Positions 9,565 through 19,103 of a stretch of DNA of 64,000 nt are shown here, in pieces. A program made the position numbers and the translations under genes. The notes below the pieces were generated by a model. That model was not told where the DNA came from, searched no databases, and was given only the letters and a program-made list of their open reading frames with translations. Position 1 is the first letter of the stretch, and the number at the start of each line of letters is the position of its first letter. This stretch comes from an uncultured Verrucomicrobiae bacterium (GTDB lineage: Bacteria; Verrucomicrobiota; Verrucomicrobiia; Limisphaerales; Palsa-1400). Location: NCBI GenBank assembly GCA_963764165.1, contig CAVXRD010000002.1, positions 1,376,001 through 1,440,000 of the forward strand, read 5' to 3'.

Positions 9565-10446
9565 ATGATTCTCACCGGCATTGCGGATGAAGCGGGCGTC
9601 GCCCTCGACGCGCAGATTGCGGCCACGCGCGAACTCGGCTGGAAATATGTCGAGATGCGGGCAGTGGAAGTGCCGGGATTCGCCAAGGGAAATTTCCACG
9701 ACATTCCTGACAAGGCGTTTGATATCGCGGTCGGCAAGCTGGATGAGGCGGGCTTGAAGGTTTATTGCTTCGGCTCCGCCATCGCCAATTGGTCCAAGAA
9801 AATCTCCGATCCGTTCGACATTACCGTGGACGAAGTAAAACGCTGCATTCCCCGGATGCAACGTGTCGGCGCAAAGTTCGTCCGCATCATGAGCTACAAG
9901 CCGGGCGATGACGAAGCCACCACGCCTCCAGAGGTTTTTCGCAGAATCGCCGAAGTGACGCGCATGTTTTGCGATGCAGGGTTGCAGCCGGTGCATGAGA
10001 ATTGCATGAACTACGGCGGGATGAGCTGGCGGCACGGATTGGAATTGCTGGAAAAGTGCCCCGGCTTGAAGTGGGTATTTGACACGGGGAATCCGATGCT
10101 CAATCCCGACCGCAGCAAGCCCAAACCGTGGCCGAGGCAGGACGCGTGGGAATTCTGGGAGCATATTCGCGATCATGTCGCGCACATTCATGTGAAGGAT
10201 GCCACCTATGTTCCTTCGAAAAACGATTGCGATTATGAGTATCCCGGCCACGGCCAGGGAAGGGTGCGCGACATATTGGCCGACGCCTTTGCGCGCGGTT
10301 ACGACGCGGGCATTTCGATAGAGCCGCACGTCGCGGTGGTGTTTCACGACGCCTCGGTGAAAGCAAATCCAAAGGATGTATTTGACAGCTATATTCGGTA
10401 CGGCCGCGAGCTGGAAAAGATGATTGGCGAAATTAAGTCGGCGTAA
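9565..10446 (+). CDS. sugar phosphate isomerase/epimerase (TIM barrel)
   Basis: HEN, VFDTGN, HIHVKD, ISIEPH metal-ligand pattern. Confidence 0.88.
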   Translation: MILTGIADEAGVALDAQIAATRELGWKYVEMRAVEVPGFAKGNFHDIPDKAFDIAVGKLDEAGLKVYCFGSAIANWSKKISDPFDITVDEVKRCIPRMQRVGAKFVRIMSYKPGDDEATTPPEVFRRIAEVTRMFCDAGLQPVHENCMNYGGMSWRHGLELLEKCPGLKWVFDTGNPMLNPDRSKPKPWPRQDAWEFWEHIRDHVAHIHVKDATYVPSKNDCDYEYPGHGQGRVRDILADAFARGYDAGISIEPHVAVVFHDASVKANPKDVFDSYIRYGRELEKMIGEIKSA

Positions 10447-10479
10447 GTTTGGCCAGATCACTGCAGCCCGAGCCGCCGG

Positions 10480-10700
10480 AGAGCCAGAGGCGCGGCATCT
10501 TTATAGAAGTCAAACCCGAACCAAACTGTTAAGCCCCGTCAGGGGCGGCATAGACGGCAATGATTCATCGGCTGCCTAAGAGACGCATCGCGGATCGTCA
10601 ATCAGACTGAAGCTTTTGCCACACGCGGAAGATGCCGCTCATGACGGAGCTTGGATTATTTTTTTGGCCGTTTCTACAAAGATGCCGCGCCTCTGGCGCT
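10480..10700. repeat. composite palindromic repeat, family D
   Basis: Outer arms GCCAGAGGCGCGGCATCTTTATAGAA / TTCTACAAAGATGCCGCGCCTCTGGC; inner arms AAGCCCCGTCAGGGGCGGCAT / ATGCCGCTCATGACGGAGCTT. Confidence 0.8.
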
Positions 10701-10859
10701 GAGCAGCTGCGGGAGCAACCTAAGTGCTTGTTTGTTTTATCCTGTTCATCCTGTCAAAATTTGGATAACTCTGATCGTCAATTACAAAGATGCGGCCATT
10801 TTATTCTGGCGCCAGCGCCTGAATGGCTGTTGTCTGGGTTGCACGAAAGGATACACACC

Positions 10860-12481
10860 ATGATGACCAGCAAATTTGCCCATCGAGCGATTGCCACGTT
10901 TTCAACCGCGTTGCTATTATTGGCCGGTTGCGACAAGAAAGAGGCGCCGGCCACCACGGCTCCCCCCCGCCGGCCGCCTCCAAACCGTCCGTAGTTTCCG
11001 CCGAGAAGAATAGCTTCAATGAGGTCACATCGAAGTTGGATGCGGGGGGCAGTTTCTACATGTATGTCAGCACCGAGCAGTTCATCGCCAATCTGAAGAC
11101 CGGCCTGGCGAGCGGCAGCAATATCATGGCTTCGCTGCCCACGATTCCCAGCGCGCAGCGTCCAATCATTGGAAGGGCATTTGGTGTCTTCGAGGGCATT
11201 CTTGATGAAAGCGGACTGGCCGATATTTCCGGGGTCGGCATGAGTTCCGTCGCGCGCGAGAAACATTTCTACTACAACAAGGTCGTCCTTCATCATTACA
11301 AGGGGCAGGGCAAAGGGCCGATATGGGCGCTCTTCGGCAAGGCCGCGCATCCTTTGGAAATCATCGATTATCTGCCAGCCGACACGGCCATCGCCGGAAG
11401 CTCGGATTTCGATGCGGCGCTGATGTGGTCCAATATCGTGAGCGTCACGGAGTCAATGGGTGTGCCAGACGTTTCGAAAGAGTTGGATAAAACTCCCGCG
11501 CAGTTCATGGAGCAAACTGGCTTGAATTGGGACGCCACCTTGAAATCTCTTGGCAACGAATATGGCGCCGTCCTGACGTTGGATGAGGCGAAGAAAGTGA
11601 CCCTGCCTTTGGGCAAGGATTCGGTCGAAATCCCCAGTCCCGCTTTGTGCCTGATTTTCAAGGTCAACTCCGACCTGATTTATGACCGCATCGTCATGGC
11701 GCTGGAGTCGAACGCGGTGGCTTCCAAGTTCGTCGTAAAAGCCGATGAGCCCGGCCTAAAGATGCGCACCGTCACGCTTCCCATTCCCTCGCCAGTCGAA
11801 GTTCGCCCCTCGGTGGCGCGGGTGGGAGATTACCTTCTCATCGCGAGCACGGATACTTTGATACGCAATATGGTCGCGGTCAAAAAAGGCGACAAAAAGG
11901 GATTCAAATCCACCGAGACGTTCAAGAAATTGTCGGAAGGCGTGCCGCTGGAAGGAAATAATTTTGCGCTCGTGACGGCCAAGCTTGGGCAGGCCTTCGC
12001 GCGCTTTGGGGAAAACGCGCTCGAATCGGCCCATGTGGATTCCGAATCGCTCAAGAACATTCACGACATGATGCAAACAAACTCCATTCCTGGCGCGTTC
12101 AGTGTCGGAGCCAACGGACCCGAGGGTTGGGTCGCGGTGGGCAACGGTGGCAGCGAAGGCGCCATGATGGTGCTGGTTCCGGCGTCATTCGTCACCGGAA
12201 CGCTGGCGGCGATTGCCATTCCGAATTTTGTGAAGGCGCGAACGACATCGCAACGGAATGCGTGCATTAATAATCTGCGGCTGATTGACGCGTCCAAAAA
12301 GGAATGGGCGCTGGAGAATAAAAAGCAGTCGACCGATGTTCCAACCGAGGCGGATGTGAAGCCGTTTATGGGACGCGGCGCCGCTGGCGAAATGCCGGTT
12401 TGCCCCCAAGGCGGGACCTATACCATTGGTTCTGTCGGCGAGAAGCCGCGTTGCAGCATTCCCGGCCATGAATTGCCTTGA
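10860..12481 (+). pseudogene. frameshifted lipoprotein with C-terminal type IV pilin-like domain
   Basis: SD AAAGGA, ATG 10860 and lipobox LLAGC in one frame; body in another frame; junction at C7 run 10962-10968; C-terminus LAAIAIPNFVKAR...NACINNLRLID...CPQGG...C. Confidence 0.75.
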
Positions 12482-12493
12482 GGACTTGATTCC

Positions 12494-12605
12494 GGGGAGC
12501 GCACGCGCCCTCGCGTGCAGTGGTTGGCGCCCTCGCCAACCACGTTCCGAAAGGGCAATCGGCGAGGGCGCCGATTGTCAGCACGCGAGGGCGCGTGCGC
12601 TCCCC
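12494..12605. repeat. REPIN-like palindrome, family C
   Basis: GGGGAGCGCACGCGCCCTCGCGTGC ... GCACGCGAGGGCGCGTGCGCTCCCC with two internal hairpins; lies between convergent genes. Confidence 0.85.
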
Positions 12606-12652
12606 AGGCAAATGGTCCAGATCAACACCGCCCGCGCCGCTTTCGGGTCGGC

Positions 12653-13216
12653 TTAATTCGTGAGCGGCGCGCCGACGTTGATATTGTTTTTCAGGCAGAA
12701 CGCGCCGTTGGCGACGTACTTCTCCGCCCAATACTTCAAGCCGCCGCGCTCTTCGGCTGTCAGCGACCGAACCACCTTCGCAGGAGAGCCGAGAACCATC
12801 GAGCCTGCTGGAATTTTCGAGTGCTGCGTCACCAGCGCTTTCGCCCCGATGATGCACTGCTCGCCAATTTCCGCCCCGTCCAAAACCACGGCGCCCATGC
12901 CAATCAGGCATTCGTTCCCGACGGTGCAGGCGTGGACAATGGCGGAATGCCCGACCGTAACGTAGTCCCCGAGAATGCACGGGAAATCATCCGCCAGATG
13001 CACGACGGCGTTGTCCTGCACGTTGCTGCCTTTGCCGATCACGATCTTGTTGATGTCGCCGCGAAGCACCGCATTATACCAAACACTCGCGCCATCTCCC
13101 AGGGTCACATCGCCGACCACCACCGCCCCCCGCGCAATATAGACGTGGTGGCCAATGGTGGGCGGCTGCTTGAGATAGGCATCCAGCCGTTGTTCGAGTG
13201 ATGCGAACTGCTTCAC
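12653..13216 (-). CDS. gamma carbonic anhydrase family protein
   Basis: Hexapeptide repeats, LRGD, NVQDNAVVH, VGHSAIVH, GSPAKVVR. Confidence 0.92.
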   Translation of the reverse strand: MKQFASLEQRLDAYLKQPPTIGHHVYIARGAVVVGDVTLGDGASVWYNAVLRGDINKIVIGKGSNVQDNAVVHLADDFPCILGDYVTVGHSAIVHACTVGNECLIGMGAVVLDGAEIGEQCIIGAKALVTQHSKIPAGSMVLGSPAKVVRSLTAEERGGLKYWAEKYVANGAFCLKNNINVGAPLTN

Positions 13217-14439
13217 GCGTGCGCCAGTTTTTCGGGCGGTTTAATGGCCGGCGGGCTGAAGAACAAAGCCAGCGCCAGCGTTGCCGCCAGCGAAATACCT
13301 GCTGAAATCAGGAACAAGCTTTGCCAATCCGCCGTGCCATCGGCGGCGGTAAAGTGCGTCTTGAGTTTCGGGCAAATCGTATTCGCGGCGATGACGCCCG
13401 CACCCAAAATCATAAAGTTGAACAAACCCTGGGCGCTCGAACGGATATCCTTGGGGAAAAACTCATCCACAAAAATGTAAACGGCGGCAAAGAAAAACGC
13501 GTAGCAGATGCCGTGCAAAACAAACACCAGCACGATCAGCCCCGTTGCTTTCGGAAACAGAGCAAACACCGTAAACCGGACGACATGTCCGAAGATGCCG
13601 AGCGTCATGGTCCATTTCCACCCAAGGCGCTTCAGAGTGGCCGCGAGTATGGCCATCGTCAGAACTTCCGCCACCTGCCCGATGCTCATAATGGGCATGA
13701 TCCATTCCTGGCTGATGCCGACTGCCGGGCTGCCGAGGAACATTCCCGCCCAGTTGAAATAGACATTCAGCACGAAAGCATCAATCAGGGTCACGACCCA
13801 CAACACGAACACGAAAGGCTGCTTGAGCAAACGGAGCGATTCCGCAAGCGCAAATTTGTCCGTGCCAGACGCGGCCTTCCTTGGCGGCGTGTGCGGAAGC
13901 GTCAGACTCAGCGCAGCCAGCGCCAGCGACGCAATCCCGGCAATCATAAACGTGGCCCGCGCGATATTTGGATCCTCGGGGTGCGCCTTGGCCACGAAAT
14001 AAAACGGCCACGCCGCGAGAATCCAGCCGATTGTGCCGCCCATGCGGATCAGCCCGAAATCCTTGGAGTCCTTCAGATTGGAAAACGCGATGGCGTTGAC
14101 GATGGAAAGCGTCGGCACGTAAAGAAGGCAGTGAATCGTCATCAGCGCGAAGAATATGGGAAAGCTCTTGGTGAAGAATAACCCGACCATCGCCAGCCCT
14201 CCGACGAATTGGCTGAAGGCGAGGAATTTTTCGGCGGCAAAATTGCGGTCGGCAAATTGGTTGCTGAAAAACATCGCGATCAGCGCAGAAACGGGGAATG
14301 CGTTCAAGATGAGAATGCATTGCATGTCCGTAAATCCAATCGAGGGGAGGTATCCGAATATCAGCGGCAGCCACGCTCCCCAGATGACATATTCCAGGAC
14401 CATCATGATGAAGAGACGCCAGCGAACGGTTGTATTCAT
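13213..14439 (-). CDS. MFS transporter, nucleoside:H+ symporter-like
   Basis: About 12 TM helices; WGAW, FADRNF, IRMGGTIGW, GQVAE, LHGICY. Confidence 0.88.
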   Translation of the reverse strand: MNTTVRWRLFIMMVLEYVIWGAWLPLIFGYLPSIGFTDMQCILILNAFPVSALIAMFFSNQFADRNFAAEKFLAFSQFVGGLAMVGLFFTKSFPIFFALMTIHCLLYVPTLSIVNAIAFSNLKDSKDFGLIRMGGTIGWILAAWPFYFVAKAHPEDPNIARATFMIAGIASLALAALSLTLPHTPPRKAASGTDKFALAESLRLLKQPFVFVLWVVTLIDAFVLNVYFNWAGMFLGSPAVGISQEWIMPIMSIGQVAEVLTMAILAATLKRLGWKWTMTLGIFGHVVRFTVFALFPKATGLIVLVFVLHGICYAFFFAAVYIFVDEFFPKDIRSSAQGLFNFMILGAGVIAANTICPKLKTHFTAADGTADWQSLFLISAGISLAATLALALFFSPPAIKPPEKLAHA

Positions 14440-14588
14440 TGCAGCCAGCGTAGAAGTTTGCCCGCCGCGGTTCAAGGGGCAAAAATGCGTTTTCCAGAAC
14501 TTTTCCGAGGAAAGTTTAGTTTACAAACCACATTATTCCCATTCATCCGGGTGAGATCAAATGCGGGTGATGCGCGCAGATTATCAGG

Positions 14589-14709
14589 CGGGGCGTGGCT
14601 GTGTCGAAGACCAGCCGCAGCGCGTTGAACCGACACGCGCGCCTGTTAATCCCAGCGTGCTGCGGCTGGTTCTTTGTCGCTTCGCTCCGTCGAACACAGC
14701 CGCGCTCCG
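14589..14709. repeat. REPIN-like palindrome, family B, with insertion in the right arm
   Basis: Matches 5772-5876; extra TCGCTTCGCTCC-containing segment at 14671-14693. Confidence 0.8.
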
Positions 14710-14826
14710 CCTAATTGTGCGTGCGCATCACCCAATTCCAATCGCACTCCATTCCCATTCCTCCCATCCCCAAACGATGTTGTCGCAATTCCGCGACCCT
14801 TGCGTTACCGTGGCGCCGTTATATTT

Positions 14827-15600
14827 ATGCTGGCCAAACGGGTAATCCCTTGTCTCGACGTCCACGATGGCAAAGTCACGCGCGGTGTGCAGTTCGGAAG
14901 AGCTGAGGCAGGCGAATTGCGCAGCGTGGGCGATCCTGTGGAACTGGCCATCCGCTACAACAACCAAGGCGCGGACGAAATGGTGTTCTTCGACATCACC
15001 GCCAGCGCCCACGGACGCGCCACCATGATTGGCGTCATCGAACGCGCGGCCGACGAATGCTTCATGCCGCTCACGGTCGGCGGCGGTTTGCGCACGGTCG
15101 ACGATCTCCACGCCATGCTCCGCGCCGGGGCCGACAAGACCAGCATCAACTCATCGGCACTCGCCACGCCCGAATTGATTCGCCAAGGCGCCGAAAAATT
15201 CGGCAGCCAATGCATCGTCGTCTCCATCGACGCCCGCAAAGTCGGCCGGGAAAAATGGGAAGTTTTCTCGCATGGCGGACGCAAACCCACCGGCCGCGAT
15301 GCCGTCGCTTGGGCCAGGGAAGCCGTCGCCTTGGGCGCGGGCGAAATCGTGCTCAACAGCATCGATGCAGACGGCACCAAGGCGGGCTTCGATTTGGAAA
15401 TCACCCGGCGCGTGAGTGAATCGGTCGGCGTTCCGGTCGTCGCCAGCGGCGGGGCGGGAACCTTGCAACACATAGCCGACGTTCTCTTGGCGGGAAAAGC
15501 TGACGCTGTGCTGGCGGCCAGCATTTTCCATTTCGGCGAATACACCGTTGGCGACGTGAAAGATTTCCTGGCCGCGCAGAACATTCCCGTCCGAAGGTAG
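14827..15600 (+). CDS. hisF: imidazole glycerol phosphate synthase subunit HisF
   Basis: [60 protein letters not shown]. Confidence 0.97.
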   Translation: MLAKRVIPCLDVHDGKVTRGVQFGRAEAGELRSVGDPVELAIRYNNQGADEMVFFDITASAHGRATMIGVIERAADECFMPLTVGGGLRTVDDLHAMLRAGADKTSINSSALATPELIRQGAEKFGSQCIVVSIDARKVGREKWEVFSHGGRKPTGRDAVAWAREAVALGAGEIVLNSIDADGTKAGFDLEITRRVSESVGVPVVASGGAGTLQHIADVLLAGKADAVLAASIFHFGEYTVGDVKDFLAAQNIPVRR

Positions 15601-15612
15601 GGACGCCTCGCC

Positions 15613-15750
15613 GAGATTGTCTCAAAACTACAAAATCCTCAAAGTGTGTCAATACTACCAATCTCTCATTTTCGATATGGCGCATTTTTATTTTCGGTGA
15701 GGGTGTTTTGGTGGTGCTTTTTAAAGCCGTTTTTGAGTTTTGACAGACTC
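15613..15750 (+). mobile_element. 138-bp non-autonomous MITE with IS1182-type ends
   Basis: First 17 bp identical to the IS left end (GAGATTGTCTCAAAACT); right end GTTTTGACAGACTC; CGCC duplicated at 15609-15612 and 15751-15754. Confidence 0.85.
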
Positions 15751-15805
15751 CGCCGAGGCGTCCGGGGTGAGGCGTGGTCCACGCACAAGGGCGGACGTCT
15801 CGGCG

Positions 15806-17488
15806 GAGACTGTCTCAAAACGTTTTAGTCTGGCCGATCTGGTTATATGGGCACCAATAGGGGCTGTGGAAACGGGTGTCAACTTTTAGTTGTCAGAGCG
15901 TGGCTGGCGTCAGCGATGACGCCAAGCTTCCCTTTCCCTCCTTTTTTAGGCCGCCATCGCCAAATTTCCTTCAACCGCGGCGGTTTTGACTTCCATTTTC
16001 GGCGTCTGGACCCGGGCCTGCCACTTTTTATAGAGGATTCGCAGGTTCAAGGTGGCGCATAACAAGGCCCATTGGGCTTGCACGGCTTCCAGACCCCAAA
16101 CTGTCCAACGCCGAAAGCCGTCGTGTTGCTTGAGCTGCCCAAACCGGCGTTCGATGATCTCTTTGCGCTTTCCATAAAGCGCGGCGGGTCCTGGCTCTTG
16201 CAGCCGGGCCCGCATGGCTTGCACCAGCGTGGTGTGCGGCCACACTTCGACTTGCCGCCCTTTGGGATCGCGGCTGCAGAGGGCGCGCACGGGACAGTCT
16301 CGGTGATGGCAGCGGAAGCGCTCAACGGTCTGGCCTTTCTTGGTGGTCTGGCCTTCGTGGTCCAGAAGGCGCTCTTGCGGGCAGGTGACGGTGTGGGCCG
16401 CCTCGTCATAATGAAAATGCTGCGTCGCGTAGGCGTTGTCGTGGGCTGGCTTGCCCTCCGCCGGCGGGGCCAGCACATTCATCTGCTGTTCCACGGCCGC
16501 TTTCAAGTCGGCCCCGCCCCCATAGCCGGCGTCGGCGGCGGTGAGGGTTGGAATGGCCGCCGGACCGAGGTTTTGCCTCGCTTCTTCAATCATGGGGACC
16601 AGCTGGCCGGCGTCGGTTTCCTGGCGGGTGGCTTGACAGGCGACCATGATGCCCTCCTGGCTGTCGGCCACCGCCTGGGCGTTGTAGGCAAAGCGGTTGG
16701 TGTCGCCGACTTTCATCCGGCGCGCCTCCGGTTCGGCTGGATGGTAATGGTGGCGCCCGTCGGCCTGCAGCTGGGCCAGGCCTTTTTTGATTTCCTCGCG
16801 CAGGGCCTGGCGCTGGGCCAACCCGGCGGGCAGCCGGCAGCCCGGTGCGCTGGAATCCTGGTTCTCCGCCACGACTTTGAGCTCGATTTCCTCCAAGGCG
16901 CCATCCAGCTGGGCCAGGAGCTTCTCCATGTAAACCTTGCTCCAGCCCTGCGGCCCGCTGCAGGCGGCTTGAATCTTGGTGCCGTCCAACGCTTGCAAGG
17001 CAAATCCCACCGCCCCGGTGCGGAGGGCCAGCTGCACGGTTTGCTTGAAAACCTGGCGCAGGGCCTTTTTGTTTCCGTCCCAGAACCGCCAGAGGCTGTT
17101 GTGGTCGGGGGCGTTGAGCCCCGTCAGCCACAGCAGCGAGACATGCTCCGTGCAGGCGGTTTCCAGCTTGCGGGTGGAGCGAATGCGGTGGAAATAACCG
17201 TAAAGCCAAATCTTGAGCAGGAGGCTGGGGGCATAGGGCGGACGGCCTTCGGCGGCGGCGGGAATGACAAACCCAAGCTGGGGCAGATCCAACTGGTCGA
17301 CAAATTCGCGCAGGAAGCGGGCGGGATGGTCGGCGGACACCCAGTCCTCCAGGGCGGGCGGGAGGAGGAACTGCTGTCCGTAATCAGGGGCAATCGGTTG
17401 AGCCATATTTGTTGAACGGCATTGTCAACTAAAGGCTCACATATTGTCAAATACATTCCTCAAAAAACAGAAGTTTTGAGACAATCTC
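15806..17488 (-). mobile_element. IS1182-family insertion sequence, copy 2 (1683 bp)
   Basis: Reverse complement of copy 1; GGCG duplicated at 15802-15805 and 17489-17492; only difference noticed is 6914/17138 (Leu/Ser). Confidence 0.95.
15946..17406 (-). CDS. IS1182-family DDE transposase
   Basis: 485/486 aa identical to copy 1 (HVSLL vs HVLLL). Confidence 0.95.
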   Translation of the reverse strand: MAQPIAPDYGQQFLLPPALEDWVSADHPARFLREFVDQLDLPQLGFVIPAAAEGRPPYAPSLLLKIWLYGYFHRIRSTRKLETACTEHVSLLWLTGLNAPDHNSLWRFWDGNKKALRQVFKQTVQLALRTGAVGFALQALDGTKIQAACSGPQGWSKVYMEKLLAQLDGALEEIELKVVAENQDSSAPGCRLPAGLAQRQALREEIKKGLAQLQADGRHHYHPAEPEARRMKVGDTNRFAYNAQAVADSQEGIMVACQATRQETDAGQLVPMIEEARQNLGPAAIPTLTAADAGYGGGADLKAAVEQQMNVLAPPAEGKPAHDNAYATQHFHYDEAAHTVTCPQERLLDHEGQTTKKGQTVERFRCHHRDCPVRALCSRDPKGRQVEVWPHTTLVQAMRARLQEPGPAALYGKRKEIIERRFGQLKQHDGFRRWTVWGLEAVQAQWALLCATLNLRILYKKWQARVQTPKMEVKTAAVEGNLAMAA

Positions 17489-17580
17489 GGCGAGACGTCC
17501 CTACCTTAAAACAGGCCGCAAAATCGTTGCCAAGTGGGTTGCCACCGCCTTAGGATGCATGCGACTCGTTGATCGCTCTC

Positions 17581-18369
17581 ATGGCGGAATATAAAGTCCA
17601 ATTTGAAGTTTTCGAGGGCCCGCTTGATTTGCTCCTTTACCTCATTAAAAAGGAGGAAGTCGATATTTATGAGGTCAACCTGACCCAACTGGCCACCCGC
17701 TTCATCGAACACGTCGAGGTCATGCGGATGCTGGATTTGGACATCGCCGGCGAATTTTTGGTGATGGCCTCGACGCTGATGTATATCAAGAGCCGCGAGC
17801 TTCTGCCCAAGGAGCAGCAGGTCCAGGCCACCGACGAGGAGGAAGGCGAAGATCCGCGCTGGGAATTGATCCGCCAACTTGTCGAATACAAAAAGTTCAA
17901 GGACGCCGCCTCCCAATTGCAAGTGCGCGAACTCGCCCAGGAAAACACCTTTCCCCGCGTGCCCGTCCGCATGGAAATGCCGCCCGCGCTGGCCCAGCGC
18001 CGCGGCGAAGCTTCGATTTTCGACCTCGTCAATGCCGTCAGCGAAATCCTCAAGCGCGTCAGCAAGCGGGATGACATGCGGGAAATTTACGAGGATAAAT
18101 TTTCCGTCAGCGAGAAAATCGAGCATCTGCTCAAGTCGATTTCCGAAAAAGGCTCGCTGAAATTTTCGGAATTATTTGCCGGAGCCGCCAGCCGGCCGGA
18201 AGTGATTTGCACTTTTCTGGCCTTGCTGGAATTGATCCGGCTCAAGCAATTGGTTTGCCTGCAATCGGCGGATTTCGACGAAATTGAAATTGCCCGCGCG
18301 CCCGCCCCTGCGCCGCCGTCCGCCGAGCCTCCGCCTCCAGCCACGCCCGGCGAAACGAATTTACCCTGA
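17581..18369 (+). CDS. scpA: segregation and condensation protein A
   Basis: FEGPLDLLLYLI, AGEFLVMASTLMYIKSRELLP, TFLALLEL. Confidence 0.95.
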   Translation: MAEYKVQFEVFEGPLDLLLYLIKKEEVDIYEVNLTQLATRFIEHVEVMRMLDLDIAGEFLVMASTLMYIKSRELLPKEQQVQATDEEEGEDPRWELIRQLVEYKKFKDAASQLQVRELAQENTFPRVPVRMEMPPALAQRRGEASIFDLVNAVSEILKRVSKRDDMREIYEDKFSVSEKIEHLLKSISEKGSLKFSELFAGAASRPEVICTFLALLELIRLKQLVCLQSADFDEIEIARAPAPAPPSAEPPPPATPGETNLP

Positions 18370-19103
18370 TGGAACTCAAATCAATATTGGAAGCCATTCT
18401 CTTCTCGGCCCAAAAGCCGATGAGCCCGAAAGAGCTGCGGGATATTCTCAGCGCCGCCGCGGAACATGGCGAAGACGCAAAGCCTTTCAAGAAAACGAAG
18501 GACGAAGCCGTCGTCGCGGCGCTTGAGGAATTGCAGAAGGACCACGAAGCGGCGGCGCGAAGTTACCGTTTGGCCTGCGTGGCGGGTTCATGGCAATTCG
18601 CCAGCCAGCCGGAATACGCGCCTTGGATCGTGGCAATGGTCGGCGCGAAAGTGCGTCCGCCGCGCCTCTCGCAGCCGGCGTTGGAAACTCTCGCCATCGT
18701 TGCCTACCGGCAGCCCCTCACGAGAGCCGAAATTGAGCAAATCCGCGGCGTGGCAGTCGACGGCGTCATGACGACCCTGCTGGAGCGCGGATTGGTCGAG
18801 CAGGCCGGCCGCGCGGAAGTGATCGGCCGCCCTATGACCTACGGCACGACACCCGCGTTCCTCGAATATTTTGGTTTGCGCAGCCTGGAGGAGCTTCCGG
18901 CGGCGGACGAATTGCGGCGCATCCCGGTGACGAAGCCGGAACAATTATTGACAGCCGACCCCGGCCTCGCCACGGTTCCGCCCGACCAGCTTTCCCTGGC
19001 GGAAGTGGAATCCGGGCCGCCGAATGAACCCGCAGGAGCCGCTCCCGCTGGCGAAACGTCCCCGCCGGCGCCAGAGGCCGCGCCGGAAAATCCCCCGCAA
19101 TGA
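18369..19103 (+). CDS. scpB: segregation and condensation protein B
   Basis: LEAILF, LSQPALETLAIVAYRQPLTRAEIEQIRGV, GRPMTYGTT, FLEYFGL. Confidence 0.95.
   Translation: MELKSILEAILFSAQKPMSPKELRDILSAAAEHGEDAKPFKKTKDEAVVAALEELQKDHEAAARSYRLACVAGSWQFASQPEYAPWIVAMVGAKVRPPRLSQPALETLAIVAYRQPLTRAEIEQIRGVAVDGVMTTLLERGLVEQAGRAEVIGRPMTYGTTPAFLEYFGLRSLEELPAADELRRIPVTKPEQLLTADPGLATVPPDQLSLAEVESGPPNEPAGAAPAGETSPPAPEAAPENPPQ

Larger units (their letters stand above)
15596..17505. repeat. GTAG-type REPIN, family A, both REPs interrupted (MITE and IS copy 2)
   Basis: Removing both inserts gives GGTAGGGACGCCTCGCCGAGGCGTCCGGGGTGAGGCGTGGTCCACGCACAAGGGCGGACGTCTCGGCGAGACGTCCCTACC. Confidence 0.9.

Noticed and set aside
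10632..10863. Short ORFs over repeats (also 25243-25437, 52365-52694, 14561-14845)
   Set aside because: Translations of palindromic repeat DNA with no coding signal
6564..17488. Composite transposon carrying 8247-15805
   Set aside because: Each IS has its own TSD and its own matching REP halves, and the cargo includes housekeeping hisF; independent insertions
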